The position numbers were made by a program, and so were the translations under genes. This document shows, one piece after another, positions 30,344-40,552 of a stretch of 41,878 nt of DNA (position 1 is the stretch's first letter; each line of letters starts with the position of its first letter). The notes under the pieces are model-generated. The model saw only the letters and a list, made by a program, of their open reading frames with translations, was not told where the DNA came from and made no database searches. The stretch lies in NCBI GenBank assembly GCA_033762115.1, contig JANRLX010000053.1, forward strand, positions 1 to 41,878, in the 5' to 3' direction. This stretch comes from Verrucomicrobiota bacterium. GTDB lineage: Bacteria; Verrucomicrobiota; Verrucomicrobiia; Limisphaerales; SXQI01.

Positions 30344-31123
30344 ATGTCTTACGTTTTGCGGATGCTTCACATTTTGCTCATTTTTTGTGTCACAACTTTT
30401 TTTTCTGCCATGCAGGAATCTTTGGCGGCAGATAAACTTTACACCGGCAAACCACTCAAAGGGCTTCTCATCACTGGAGGCTGCTGCCACAATTATAAAT
30501 TTCAGGCTGAAGCCCTTACGAAAGGAATCAGCAGCAAGGCTGATGTCGAATGGACCATTGTCAATGAAGGTGGGGATGGGACCAGGGCCGAGATTGCGTT
30601 GTACGATAGTCCGGATTGGGCAAAGCCGTTCGACGTGGTGGTGCATAATGAATGTTTCGCAGACACAACCACTCCAGAGTATATCAAAAAAATCACTGCC
30701 GCGCATGCCGCAGGGAAACCAGCGATGGTCATCCATTGCGCCATGCATACTTATCGTGCGGCAAAAATGGATGACTGGCGTGAATTCCTGGGTGTGACGA
30801 GCTACCATCATGAGCATCAGAGCCGATACCCTGTGAAGATCATCGATACTGAACACCCTATCATGAAAGGTTTTCCAACCAATTGGGTGACTCCCATGGA
30901 TGAGCTTTATATCGTGAAGAAGCTCTGGCCGGGTGCGAAAGCGCTTGCGACTTCGACCAGCGAACAATCGAAGGAAAGCCAGGCGGTTGTCTGGGTCAAT
31001 TTATATCAAGGCACGCGTGTGTTTGGCACTACGTATGGCCATTCTGATGACACTTTTCGTGATCCGGTCTTCATCGATTTGTTGGCGAGAGGTTTTGTCT
31101 GGGCTGCCGGTCATCTGAAATAG
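30344..31123 (+). CDS. ThuA-like (class I glutamine-amidotransferase-like fold) exported protein
   Basis: N-terminal signal-like segment; LLITGGCCH, HPIMKG, DELY and RVFGTTYGH motifs. Exact start uncertain. Confidence 0.8.
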   Translation: MSYVLRMLHILLIFCVTTFFSAMQESLAADKLYTGKPLKGLLITGGCCHNYKFQAEALTKGISSKADVEWTIVNEGGDGTRAEIALYDSPDWAKPFDVVVHNECFADTTTPEYIKKITAAHAAGKPAMVIHCAMHTYRAAKMDDWREFLGVTSYHHEHQSRYPVKIIDTEHPIMKGFPTNWVTPMDELYIVKKLWPGAKALATSTSEQSKESQAVVWVNLYQGTRVFGTTYGHSDDTFRDPVFIDLLARGFVWAAGHLK

Positions 31124-31203
31124 ATTTTTCCTGTAATCGTGTCCCAGTCGGTGATTCCGGGTTGCAGAGTAGATTATTTTTGAAATGATGCCCGCCTGAT
31201 CCC

Positions 31204-33852
31204 ATGGTTATGAGTAGTATTGCAGGTTCTGTTCTTTTATCCTCAAACTCCCTTGAGCGCGTTATCTTGAATGCTCTCCCAGCACAGGTAGCCGCTGTTG
31301 ATTTCGAAGGAAAAATTATTTTTGCAAATCTTTCGTGGACTTCCTCTGCGCCGGGGTTTGAAAATTCAAACCCGCTTTCCGTCGGAGCCAATTACCTGCA
31401 GATGTGCGATGTCGCCGAAAAAAATGGCCATGCCAATGCAGGCAAAATTGCCAAGGGTCTAAGAAGCCTTCTTGCAGGCACCCAGCAATCACTTTCATGG
31501 GAGGTGGAAATGGGAAGCATGGGGAAATGGTTTCGTGTCGTCATGACCGCACTTCAAGCAGATGGAACAAGCGGCGCTCTTCTGATGTATCTGGAAATTA
31601 CCGAGCAAAAGCTTGCTGAACGAGCATTCCAGCAGGCGGAGGAAAAGTATCGAGGAATTTTTGAAAATGCCAGCGAAGGCATTTTTCAATCCACGCTGGA
31701 AGGAAAATATTTAAGCGCCAACCCAGCCCTGGCACGAATGCTTGGCTATGAGTCCCCTGCTCATTTGATGTCCGAATTAAAAAGTATGCCTCAGGATTTG
31801 TGCATACATCCTTCGCGATGCGAGGAAATGAAACAGGAACTGCTGACTACAGGATTTGTTAAGAATTTTGAAAGTGAGGTCAAGCATCGTGATGGACATA
31901 CCATATGGGTGATTACGAATGCACGGTTGGTCCGGGGCAGTTCCGGGGAGCCCCTCTATTTTGAAGGCACCAACACGGAAATTACTTCACGCAAGGACAC
32001 TGAGCAGACACTTGCACGTGAACGAAATCTCCTTCGCACGCTGCTCGATCATATCCCTGATTATATCTATGTGAAGGACTTGAAATCCCGCCATCTGGCA
32101 AATAATCGCGCAAACCTGAATCTCCTCGGTGCGCATACCCAGGAGGAAACACTTGGGAAAACGGTAATGGATTATTTCCCGCCGCAATTGGCGGAAGCAT
32201 ATTTAAAGGATGATCAGGCAGTGATGAGTAGTGGCACACCCTTGATTGGCCGGGAGGAAGTGATCCTGGATTCGGACGGCTCCCAACGATGGCTGCTCAC
32301 TTCAAAAATCCCATTGCGGGATTCCTCTGGAAAAATCACCGGGCTGGTAGGCATCAGCCGCGACATTACAGAACAGAAACGTGCCGAGTCGGAAATTAAA
32401 AAGCTGGCGGCTTTTCCGACCTTCAATCCGAATCCTGTTTTTGAATTCGGGCCGGATGGAGCGTTGCTTTATTTCAATAAGGCGGCTGTCGAGATGGCGT
32501 CCGGCCTTGGTTGTGCGCATCCCCAGGAAATGTTACCGCACAACTTCCGTGAAGTGGTGGAAGATTGCCTGGCGCATAATCGAAACCGGACCCGCCTTGA
32601 GACAGTGATCGAAAAGCGAATCCTTTCATGGTCTTTTTTCCCGATCCTGACTACTCATGTGGTGCATTGTTATGGGGGCGATATTACCGAGCGCCACAAT
32701 TTGGAAGCGCAATTAAGGCAATCGCAAAAGATGGAATCCATCGGTCAATTGGCGGGCGGAGTTGCTCATGATTTTAACAACCTGCTGACCATCATCCAGG
32801 GCCATGCGGCGCTACTAGGCCTGCGCAGGACCAACAATGAAGAAGCGGACGATTCGGTTCGCCAGATCAGCGCTGCTGCTGAGCGGGCTGCAAACTTGAC
32901 GCGCCAACTGCTGATGTTCAGCCGCCGACAGATCATGCAAACCCGTATTCTCGACATTAATGAAGTGGTCGGGAACATGAGTAAAATGTTGAGGCGGTTG
33001 CTTGGGGAGGATGTTCTGCTGCAGGTGCAATTTGCTTCCGCGCTACCTCTGGTAAAGGCCGACCCGGGAATGATTGAGCAGGTGTTGATGAATCTTGCTG
33101 TAAACTCCCGGGATGCCATGCCCAAAGGTGGACAGCTGAATATTTCAACGAAGGCAGTGGAGTTTCTTCCCGGTTGCGAAACAAGAAATCCCCAGGCACG
33201 CGCAGGAGTGTTTGTTTGCCTGACTGTGAGCGACACTGGAACAGGAATTCCAAGAGAAATCCTGCCCAGAATCTTTGAGCCTTTCTTTACTACAAAGGAA
33301 TTGGGAAAGGGAACCGGCCTGGGATTGGCCACGGTTTATGGCATCGTCCAGCAACACACAGGCTGGATCCAGGTGACGAGTAATCTTGGTAAGGGCACTT
33401 CCTTTGATATTTACATACCAGCGGACCACTCCGGGCTTGTAGAAGAGAAAACCAAACCAGGCAATGAAACGGCGCCGCGAGGCAATGAAACCGTGCTGGT
33501 CGTTGAGGATGAAGGCTCGTTGCGCGCACTGGTGCTCCATGTCCTGAAGCAATGCGGCTATCAAATCCTTGAGGCAGCTTCAGGACCGCAGGCGATCCAG
33601 ATCGCACGGTCCCACCAGGGACCGCTGCACCTGGTGCTGACCGATCTTGTCATGCCGGGTGGCATGAGCGGTCGTGAAATGGCCGAAGAAATCAAACGGA
33701 TACGGCCTGAGACAAAATTGATTTATACCAGCGGCTACAGCGCTGAAATCCTTCGGCAGGAGGGAGAGTTGATCGAAGGACTTAATTTCGTGCCCAAACC
33801 GTATGCTCCCATTGTGCTGGCCAAAGCTGTCCGAAATCGTTTGGATTCATAA
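31204..33852 (+). CDS. Cytoplasmic multi-PAS hybrid sensor histidine kinase (CckA-like HK-REC)
   Basis: About four PAS-like domains; H-box [37 protein letters not shown] and GTGLGL; C-terminal REC VEDE...LTDLVMP...YTSGY...PKP. Confidence 0.93.
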   Translation: MVMSSIAGSVLLSSNSLERVILNALPAQVAAVDFEGKIIFANLSWTSSAPGFENSNPLSVGANYLQMCDVAEKNGHANAGKIAKGLRSLLAGTQQSLSWEVEMGSMGKWFRVVMTALQADGTSGALLMYLEITEQKLAERAFQQAEEKYRGIFENASEGIFQSTLEGKYLSANPALARMLGYESPAHLMSELKSMPQDLCIHPSRCEEMKQELLTTGFVKNFESEVKHRDGHTIWVITNARLVRGSSGEPLYFEGTNTEITSRKDTEQTLARERNLLRTLLDHIPDYIYVKDLKSRHLANNRANLNLLGAHTQEETLGKTVMDYFPPQLAEAYLKDDQAVMSSGTPLIGREEVILDSDGSQRWLLTSKIPLRDSSGKITGLVGISRDITEQKRAESEIKKLAAFPTFNPNPVFEFGPDGALLYFNKAAVEMASGLGCAHPQEMLPHNFREVVEDCLAHNRNRTRLETVIEKRILSWSFFPILTTHVVHCYGGDITERHNLEAQLRQSQKMESIGQLAGGVAHDFNNLLTIIQGHAALLGLRRTNNEEADDSVRQISAAAERAANLTRQLLMFSRRQIMQTRILDINEVVGNMSKMLRRLLGEDVLLQVQFASALPLVKADPGMIEQVLMNLAVNSRDAMPKGGQLNISTKAVEFLPGCETRNPQARAGVFVCLTVSDTGTGIPREILPRIFEPFFTTKELGKGTGLGLATVYGIVQQHTGWIQVTSNLGKGTSFDIYIPADHSGLVEEKTKPGNETAPRGNETVLVVEDEGSLRALVLHVLKQCGYQILEAASGPQAIQIARSHQGPLHLVLTDLVMPGGMSGREMAEEIKRIRPETKLIYTSGYSAEILRQEGELIEGLNFVPKPYAPIVLAKAVRNRLDS

Positions 33853-33868
33853 ATCGCACCCTTTTGAT

Positions 33869-33896
33869 TTGCAGGCGTTCATCGCCTTAATACAAT
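33869..33896 (+). promoter_or_regulatory. Putative sigma70 promoter for the PP2C phosphatase gene
   Basis: TTGCAG-16 nt-TACAAT in the intergenic gap. Confidence 0.5.
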
Positions 33897-33963
33897 AGCT
33901 GAACAGCAGGATCGTGCGGCACGAGTTTTACAGGTGTCCTCTGCCAGCTTTCCTTTGCGAGTC

Positions 33964-35964
33964 ATGAACCAAAAATCGATCCATGTCCTTCTTTTGGAAA
34001 GCGACACGCGTTATTCACTTCTTTTGGAAACCTTGCTTCCGGATGACCGCTTCTTGTTAAGCAAGGAACCCAGCATTACATTGGGCATGGCAAGAATCGA
34101 AGCCGATCCCCAGATCGCTGTGGCACTGCTTGATGAGACACTACTCGCACGCGAAGGCGGAATGAAAATCTTCAGTCAGCTCCAAAATGCTGTCCCGCGC
34201 CTAGCAACCATTATCATGGCGGAGAGAGAGGATTCGGAAAATGCGCTGAATGCTGTTCATGAAGGCGTTCAGGATTACCTGGTGATGCCCGAGCTGACCC
34301 GCCACCTGCTGATTCGATCCATCCAATACGCAGTGGAACGGAAACGTTCTGAAGCAGCGCTCCTTGAGGCTGAAGAAAAATATCGAGGAATTTTTGAAAA
34401 CATTGTCGAAGGAATTTTTCAAACCAGTGCTGACGGAAAGTATATCAGCGCCAATCCAGCCCTTGCGCGGATTTACGGTTATGATTCGCCTGAGGAAATG
34501 AAGCAGAGACTCACGAACATTGCCCAGGACCTGTATGTTCAAAGGGGCCGACGCAAGGAATTCATTTCGTTGATGGAACGGCACGACATTGTTAAGGATT
34601 TTCAATCTGAAATTTACCGAAAAGATGGGAGTATCATCTGGATTTCCGAAAACGTCCGGGCTGTTCGCGATACGTCGGGGAAAATTCTCTTTTATGAAGG
34701 AACGGTAGAGGATATTACCGACCGCAAGAGGAGTGAACAGCAACTGCGGAATTCCGAAGCGCTTTACCATTCCCTCGTCGAAAACCTTCCCCAAAATATT
34801 TTTCGAAAAAACCTGGCCGAGCAATTTACATTCGCTAACAAAAGGTTCTGCGACATGCTCGGCAAACCCCTGGAGGAGATCCTCGGAAAAACGGATTTTG
34901 ATTTTTTCCCTCCTGAACTTGCCCGCAAATATCAGAAGGATGATCACCTTATTATGCAGACGGGGCGGATGCTCGAAACAATCGAGGAAAATCATCCGCA
35001 GAGCGGCGAAAAGCTTTATGTGAACGTGGTGAAGACGCCACTCTACGATGCCACCGGAGAAATTATTGGTTTGCAGGGAATTTTTTGGGACATCACAGAA
35101 AAAATCAGGACAGAGGAAAAAATTCGTAAAGCGACGCAGGATTTGGCCGAAAGCCAGGAGAAGCTCAGCGCAAAAAACAAGGAGATGGAAGATGATCTCA
35201 GGATGGCGCGGGAGATACAGCAGGCAATTATTCCTCAACAGTATCCAAGCTTCCCCAAGCATGCCGCTCCGGAAGAAAGCACATTACAATTTTTTCATCG
35301 GTATATTCCCACCGGCGCTGTCGGCGGGGATTTCTTCAACATTCTCGCGCTATCAGATACGAAGGCCGGTGTTTTTATTTGTGATGTCATGGGGCATGGG
35401 GTGCGTTCGGCGCTGGTCACCGCTATCCTCCGCGCTTTGGTTGAGGAATTAACGCGATTTGCCTCTGATCCGGGAGAGCTTTTGACGCATATCAACCGCG
35501 ATTTGCGAGCTATATTGCAGCAAAGCGGGACCCCTCTTTATACAACAGCTTTTTATATGGTTGTGGATGTGGAAACAGGTCAGATTCACTATGCCAATGC
35601 GGGGCATCCCAAGCCTCTCATTGCCAGGAGAGCGAGCGGAATGGTTGACGTTTTGAAGAACGATTCCGGAAAATCCAATCCCGCACTCGGACTGATGGCT
35701 TCCACTGTCTACCCAACCTCCACAAGCCACCTCGATAATGAAGACCTGATCATCTTATTTACTGATGGTTTGTATGATGTCGAATATAATGCTGATATGC
35801 TCAGCCCGGAATGGTTTCAGAGTGAAGTGAAGAAACGGATCGATCTGCCCGCAGGTGCTATCTTTGATGAGATATTGGAGCAGCTCAAAGGCTACTGTAA
35901 TGGGTCCGGGTTCTCTGATGACGTGTGCATCGTGGGGATGGAACTCAAAAGCAAACCCAACTGA
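33964..35964 (+). CDS. REC-PAS-PAS-SpoIIE (RsbU/RsbP-like PP2C) serine phosphatase
   Basis: AREIQQAIIP, VGGDFF, CDVMGHGVRSAL, ANAGHP, FTDGL and DDVCIV. ATG 33964 is preferred over GTG 33934. Confidence 0.9.
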   Translation: MNQKSIHVLLLESDTRYSLLLETLLPDDRFLLSKEPSITLGMARIEADPQIAVALLDETLLAREGGMKIFSQLQNAVPRLATIIMAEREDSENALNAVHEGVQDYLVMPELTRHLLIRSIQYAVERKRSEAALLEAEEKYRGIFENIVEGIFQTSADGKYISANPALARIYGYDSPEEMKQRLTNIAQDLYVQRGRRKEFISLMERHDIVKDFQSEIYRKDGSIIWISENVRAVRDTSGKILFYEGTVEDITDRKRSEQQLRNSEALYHSLVENLPQNIFRKNLAEQFTFANKRFCDMLGKPLEEILGKTDFDFFPPELARKYQKDDHLIMQTGRMLETIEENHPQSGEKLYVNVVKTPLYDATGEIIGLQGIFWDITEKIRTEEKIRKATQDLAESQEKLSAKNKEMEDDLRMAREIQQAIIPQQYPSFPKHAAPEESTLQFFHRYIPTGAVGGDFFNILALSDTKAGVFICDVMGHGVRSALVTAILRALVEELTRFASDPGELLTHINRDLRAILQQSGTPLYTTAFYMVVDVETGQIHYANAGHPKPLIARRASGMVDVLKNDSGKSNPALGLMASTVYPTSTSHLDNEDLIILFTDGLYDVEYNADMLSPEWFQSEVKKRIDLPAGAIFDEILEQLKGYCNGSGFSDDVCIVGMELKSKPN

Positions 35965-35971
35965 GGACTGT

Positions 35972-36427
35972 TTACTTCCCCTTGAGCCTGTGCATTGTGG
36001 CGCGTTTGATATCCCGGTCTGAATCCCGCTTCTTCAAATCCTCCCGCTTATCGAATTGCACCTTGCCGGTGCCTACCGCGACCAATACCTTGATTCGATC
36101 CCCTTTCCAGTAAAAGGAGAGAGGAAAAAGTGCATTCCCCTTGACTGCTCCCAATCCGTGCAGCTTGGAAATTTCGGATTTGTTCAGCAGTAACTTTCGA
36201 GGAGCTTTCGGCTGATGATTCTGGCGATTGCCATGGGCGTATTCGTCAATATGAACGTTATACAGCCAGGCTTCCCCTTTTTCGATTCGGATGAATGCAT
36301 CGGCAATCTGGCCTTTGCCAGCGCGCAGGCTTTTTACTTCGGTCCCATGCAGGACCAGGCCTGCTTCATAGGTTTCAAGAATATGATAATCACGCCGGGC
36401 TTTGGAGTTGATCAGTATCTCCGACAT
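35972..36427 (-). CDS. smpB: SsrA-binding protein
   Basis: NSKARRDYHILETYEAGLVLHGTEVKSLR, RKLLL and DKRE. Confidence 0.96.
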   Translation of the reverse strand: MSEILINSKARRDYHILETYEAGLVLHGTEVKSLRAGKGQIADAFIRIEKGEAWLYNVHIDEYAHGNRQNHQPKAPRKLLLNKSEISKLHGLGAVKGNALFPLSFYWKGDRIKVLVAVGTGKVQFDKREDLKKRDSDRDIKRATMHRLKGK

Positions 36428-36442
36428 ATGCTGGGTGTTTTT

Positions 36443-36481
36443 AAAACAAAAACAGCCAGAAGAGTATTTCTTCCGGCTGTT
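36443..36481 (-). terminator. Intrinsic terminator between rpoZ and smpB
   Basis: Minus strand AACAGCCGGAAG-AAATACT-CTTCTGGCTGTT followed by TTTGTTTT. Confidence 0.7.
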
Positions 36482-36500
36482 GCAAAATCAAACAGAGTTG

Positions 36501-36752
36501 TCAGGAGCGTTTGCGGGCCTTGGGCGCGATATTTGCCGCTTGTTCCTGAAGCTCCCAACTCATTTTGTCCTCCACGATTTCCAAAAGGGCGATGTCCCCT
36601 GCTCCCAAACCTGCCGTTTCGCTAATCATGGGCCGGGCCGAAGGACCACCGCTGGAACCGGTCAATTGCCGGACACGACGGGAAACGATATTGACCAACA
36701 CGTTGGGATTTCCAACCTTCTCAAGAGCTTTTCTACAAATTTCGCTATTCAA
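36501..36752 (-). CDS. rpoZ: RNA polymerase omega subunit
   Basis: ALEKVGNPNVLVNIVSRRVRQL...DIALLEI matches the omega pattern; 83 aa. Confidence 0.8.
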   Translation of the reverse strand: MNSEICRKALEKVGNPNVLVNIVSRRVRQLTGSSGGPSARPMISETAGLGAGDIALLEIVEDKMSWELQEQAANIAPKARKRS

Positions 36753-36785
36753 GTTTATTCCCCTTAAATTGTTAAAAGGGTTCCA

Positions 36786-36814
36786 ACCCTAATCCTGAAT
36801 TCATGAGATGGCAA
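36786..36814 (-). promoter_or_regulatory. Putative sigma70 promoter of rpoZ
   Basis: Minus strand TTGCCA-17 nt-TAGGGT. Confidence 0.45.
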
Positions 36815-36871
36815 TAGAAAAGAGTTGCTTGGTGGGAAGTCCAAGTTGCGCTAATTTGTCCCTTAGGAGGG

Positions 36872-39800
36872 ATGAAACGGCGTTGGCTTAAACGTATCAT
36901 GGTGTCCACAGGAGTTTTGCTGCTGCTGGCTGCGCTTTCTTTTCTCACCTTCTCCTTTTGGTATCCCTACCTTTTGAGGTCTCTCGCTTCCCATTTCGGA
37001 GTGCATTATGGAAAGTTCGAAAAAAGTGAGGGTGACTTTATTCAATTTCACGATATTCAGGGACGGTTTGGACAAACTGACTTCTCTATTGCGCAACTCC
37101 AGACATTATCCCCAAAAGCCTGGTATTACCTATGGAAAGGTGATCAAACAAATGCTTCCCTCGCTCTCCAGATTTCAGGTTGGAAACTGACAGTGCACAG
37201 TAAAGCTTCCGCATCGAGGCAGACGAATGATCCGCTGAGCATTTACCGCAAATTTGAACAGACGGTAAATCAATTAATGCGATGGGTTCCAAGGGCAACT
37301 TTTTCGAACGGAAAACTGCTCTTTCAAGGCAAGGAGTATTTTTCTTCCACCATCCAATGGAACCAGGGACGGCTGGAAGGAGACGTGATTTGGGAGGGGC
37401 TCCCCTCCCCTGCGGATTTCAAGGGAAAATTTGAGGCTGGAGGAACGAATGAATTTATTGTTCAGGTTCTTTCACTCGATCTCAGCAGCCGCCTGCGCGC
37501 CCATCAAAGCAACAACCTTGTTGTGACGGAGTTAAGAGGCCGCTGGAAAACAAATATTTTCCGGGCTCAGGCGGCCTTTGGGAGCAACAGCATCTGGCCT
37601 GCCTACGCTTCCGTGTCGGCAACGGATTTTGCTCTTCCTCCAAAATGGATTGCCCAGACACCATATCCCGAACTAAACGTGACATTGAAGGCAACCGTCA
37701 CAAATCAAAACTGGAACATGCAGATCACCGGCGGCCCTCCAACTCCTGATGAAGGCGCAAGTAGCGATAAGATTACTGTGGCGGCTCATGGGAACAGTGA
37801 AGAAGCAACGATCACGCAATTTTCCATTGGCTTGCCCGGGGTGGAAGCACGCCTGGAAAATGAGGTGACCATCGATTTACCTTCAGGAGAAATTGCAGCG
37901 CCAGCTCTCCTGAATGCAAAAATCAGATTGGAGACGATTCCGAAAATTAAAGCCACAGGCGAGGTGAGCGCCTCCTTCCTTGTGAAAACCAATGGAGGTA
38001 AATTCCCAATGGTGGAGTTTCAGGCGGAAAGCGACACGATCAACAGTCACTGGCTCAAGCCGGTTAATGAATTAAAGCTATTGGGGCAATTGGCATGGCC
38101 CAATCTTCAAATTTCCAATATTGTGATGCGTGGAGGTGAGAAGAGTTTTCTCGTAGCGCAAGGCAGCTTCGATATCTCTCGTAAAATGATTTCAGGCGGA
38201 TCGTTTAAAGCAGTCGGCAACTTAAAGTCTTCTCTGATTCCCCTGATCGTTGGCTACGAAGAAATCAATACGGAAGCCACTTTCTCCGGATCAATTACAA
38301 ACCTGGGCTACAATCTCACATTTGCGATAAACAATTTGGAACTTCCCGGACTGAACCCACTCAATCTTGAAGGCCAGACTTCCGGAACAAACCTGAATAT
38401 CAACACGATAGGATTACGAGCCAGGAGCGGCGTGGCTGAGTTGAAAGCCGAAGGTTCGGCAGTAATTCAAAACGGAGAGGGAGCATTTCGACTGAACCGC
38501 CTCGATTTAACCCAGGGAGACCTTCCCCTGCTCACAAATACTTATCCGGCCATGGTGAAGGTCTTGCGCGATCCCTTTCTTTTTTCCCTGGGCAGATTGA
38601 ACCTCGAAGGCGTTGATACGAAAATCGAGCTTTCTGGAAATTTTGGGAAGCCGGATTCCTTTTGGGTTAAAGGCCGGGTGGAAAATTTTGACTTATCAAT
38701 CTTCCAGCCCTTTATAAAGCGACCTCTCCGAGGCCTGGAACTCACTCAACTGGTGGCTTCGATCACCAATCAAAATAATCAGTTGATAGGCTCAATGGAG
38801 TTGCAGGTTGCCACTGATCTCCAGGATTGGGATCAAACTAGCATCGACATTCATCTCAAAGCTGAAGCAGAAGGTTTGCATGTTGCTAGGGGAGAAATCG
38901 AGATTGAAGGCGAGCCGATTTTTTCTGCGGTAGGATTTTTGCCTGTCAATGTCGAACTGAATCGAAAGCCGATCCCGCTAAAATTTCACAATCGGGCCAC
39001 GGCCAACTTCCATTTGCGAACTGAACCAAACCCGGTTTTCTGGAGCAACGTTACAAAGCTTACCCAGGTTGAATTTGGGTTCCCTCATCTCCTTTGTGTC
39101 GTGACTACACGTCAGGACCGGATTGTTGGAGATATTCATTTTACGGCCAGCAGTTTGAATTGGCTTGGAGGGACGCAGGCCTGGCCAATGATTTCAAATG
39201 TGAATGCTCATTTTATTACGGCTCAGGATTATTTTAAAGCGGAGTTACTGAGCCTTGAGGTGCAATCCCAACCATTTACACTTACCGGCCATCTTGGAAT
39301 AACCCCGGAACTATGGCGCACACGCATTGAGCATCTGCCGCGATATGTTTTCATAAACAGTGATTGCTCGGTTTTATTAAGTAATTGGAATGTAGCAGCT
39401 TTCAAACCCTTCCTTCCCGCGGCTGTTTCCCCTGAAGGCATTTTGTCCCTGGCAGTTCAACTGACCAATCAGGGAGAAGTCAACGGCACTTTGTCCCTGA
39501 CCAACTTGTCCACGCGCCCCATTAAAACATTTAGCCCGGTTCATGACATTGCAGGGGAGTTGCAAATCAGGAACTCCCGGCTGGAGTTCGGGGAACTCTC
39601 CGCAAAAATTGGTGGGGAAACTTTGCGGATCAATGGCCACCTTGATGTGCGTAACTATGCGTCAGGAATCATCGAATCCAGCGTCCGGCTTCAAGGCACA
39701 AACATTGTTCTGGCAAGAGAGCCGGACTTCGTCATCAGGTCTGACCTTGATCTTCTCCTGACCAATGAAGCGAATGGGAACTTCAAGATTCGGGGCAACA

Positions 39801-40552
39801 CCCGGCTTCGTGACAGCTTTTTGCTTCGTGATCTTTCCCTGCTCATTCCCGGAAAAACCACGTCGCAGGAACGACGACCGCCGTACTTCAAAATCCGGAA
39901 TGAACCTTTTGCCAACTGGAATTTGGATGTACAGGTCAAGGGCCAGGAGTTCATTCGCATACGAACGCCACTGTTTGTAGGCGTCGCATCCGCAAACCTT
40001 TCTCTGCGCGGGACCATGGAAGAACCGCTTGCTCTTGGAGATGTAAGAATTAATTCAGGCAGCATTCAATTTCCTTTTGCCAATCTTGCCGTCCAGCAAA
40101 GCCTCGTGACACTTACAGCCGAAAACCCTTACCGCCCGGATGTTTTCATGGTCGCAGGGTCCCGTGTTTATGGATATGACATCAAAATGGAAGTCCGCGG
40201 CCCTGCCGATGATCCTGTCGTTGAATTTTCTTCTGTGCCTTCACTAACTTCGGAACAAATTGTTTTAATGCTCACTGCAGGGGAGCTTCCCAGAAATGAG
40301 CTTACCTTTTCCAACGAACAAAAACTCGGAAAACTGGCTTTATTTCTCGGCAAGAGTTTTTGGGCAAAAATAAATTCCGGCGCAGCCGATGCAGACCGGC
40401 TGATCATCCGCAGTGGAGAAGAAATCTCGGAGCAAGGCCGTCAAAGTTACAACGTCGAGTACAAGTTGAGTGAGAATTGGTCTCTCATTGGAGAGTATGA
40501 TCGATTCAGCGCCTTGAACGCTGGCTTCAAATGGCGGCTATATTCGCGATGA
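36872..40552 (+). CDS. TamB/AsmA-like protein (DUF490 C-terminus)
   Basis: Single N-terminal TM anchor; long beta-rich body; C-terminal LRGTMEEP...FSSVPSLTSEQIVLML...VEYKLSENWSL; SD AGGAGG. Confidence 0.85.
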   Translation: MKRRWLKRIMVSTGVLLLLAALSFLTFSFWYPYLLRSLASHFGVHYGKFEKSEGDFIQFHDIQGRFGQTDFSIAQLQTLSPKAWYYLWKGDQTNASLALQISGWKLTVHSKASASRQTNDPLSIYRKFEQTVNQLMRWVPRATFSNGKLLFQGKEYFSSTIQWNQGRLEGDVIWEGLPSPADFKGKFEAGGTNEFIVQVLSLDLSSRLRAHQSNNLVVTELRGRWKTNIFRAQAAFGSNSIWPAYASVSATDFALPPKWIAQTPYPELNVTLKATVTNQNWNMQITGGPPTPDEGASSDKITVAAHGNSEEATITQFSIGLPGVEARLENEVTIDLPSGEIAAPALLNAKIRLETIPKIKATGEVSASFLVKTNGGKFPMVEFQAESDTINSHWLKPVNELKLLGQLAWPNLQISNIVMRGGEKSFLVAQGSFDISRKMISGGSFKAVGNLKSSLIPLIVGYEEINTEATFSGSITNLGYNLTFAINNLELPGLNPLNLEGQTSGTNLNINTIGLRARSGVAELKAEGSAVIQNGEGAFRLNRLDLTQGDLPLLTNTYPAMVKVLRDPFLFSLGRLNLEGVDTKIELSGNFGKPDSFWVKGRVENFDLSIFQPFIKRPLRGLELTQLVASITNQNNQLIGSMELQVATDLQDWDQTSIDIHLKAEAEGLHVARGEIEIEGEPIFSAVGFLPVNVELNRKPIPLKFHNRATANFHLRTEPNPVFWSNVTKLTQVEFGFPHLLCVVTTRQDRIVGDIHFTASSLNWLGGTQAWPMISNVNAHFITAQDYFKAELLSLEVQSQPFTLTGHLGITPELWRTRIEHLPRYVFINSDCSVLLSNWNVAAFKPFLPAAVSPEGILSLAVQLTNQGEVNGTLSLTNLSTRPIKTFSPVHDIAGELQIRNSRLEFGELSAKIGGETLRINGHLDVRNYASGIIESSVRLQGTNIVLAREPDFVIRSDLDLLLTNEANGNFKIRGNTRLRDSFLLRDLSLLIPGKTTSQERRPPYFKIRNEPFANWNLDVQVKGQEFIRIRTPLFVGVASANLSLRGTMEEPLALGDVRINSGSIQFPFANLAVQQSLVTLTAENPYRPDVFMVAGSRVYGYDIKMEVRGPADDPVVEFSSVPSLTSEQIVLMLTAGELPRNELTFSNEQKLGKLALFLGKSFWAKINSGAADADRLIIRSGEEISEQGRQSYNVEYKLSENWSLIGEYDRFSALNAGFKWRLYSR

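Noticed and set aside
30221..30967. 248-aa minus-strand ORF
   Set aside because: Antisense shadow of the ThuA-like gene with no family motifs.
34201..35262. 353-aa antisense ORF
   Set aside because: It lies entirely opposite the well-supported phosphatase gene and has no recognisable motifs, so it is a shadow ORF.
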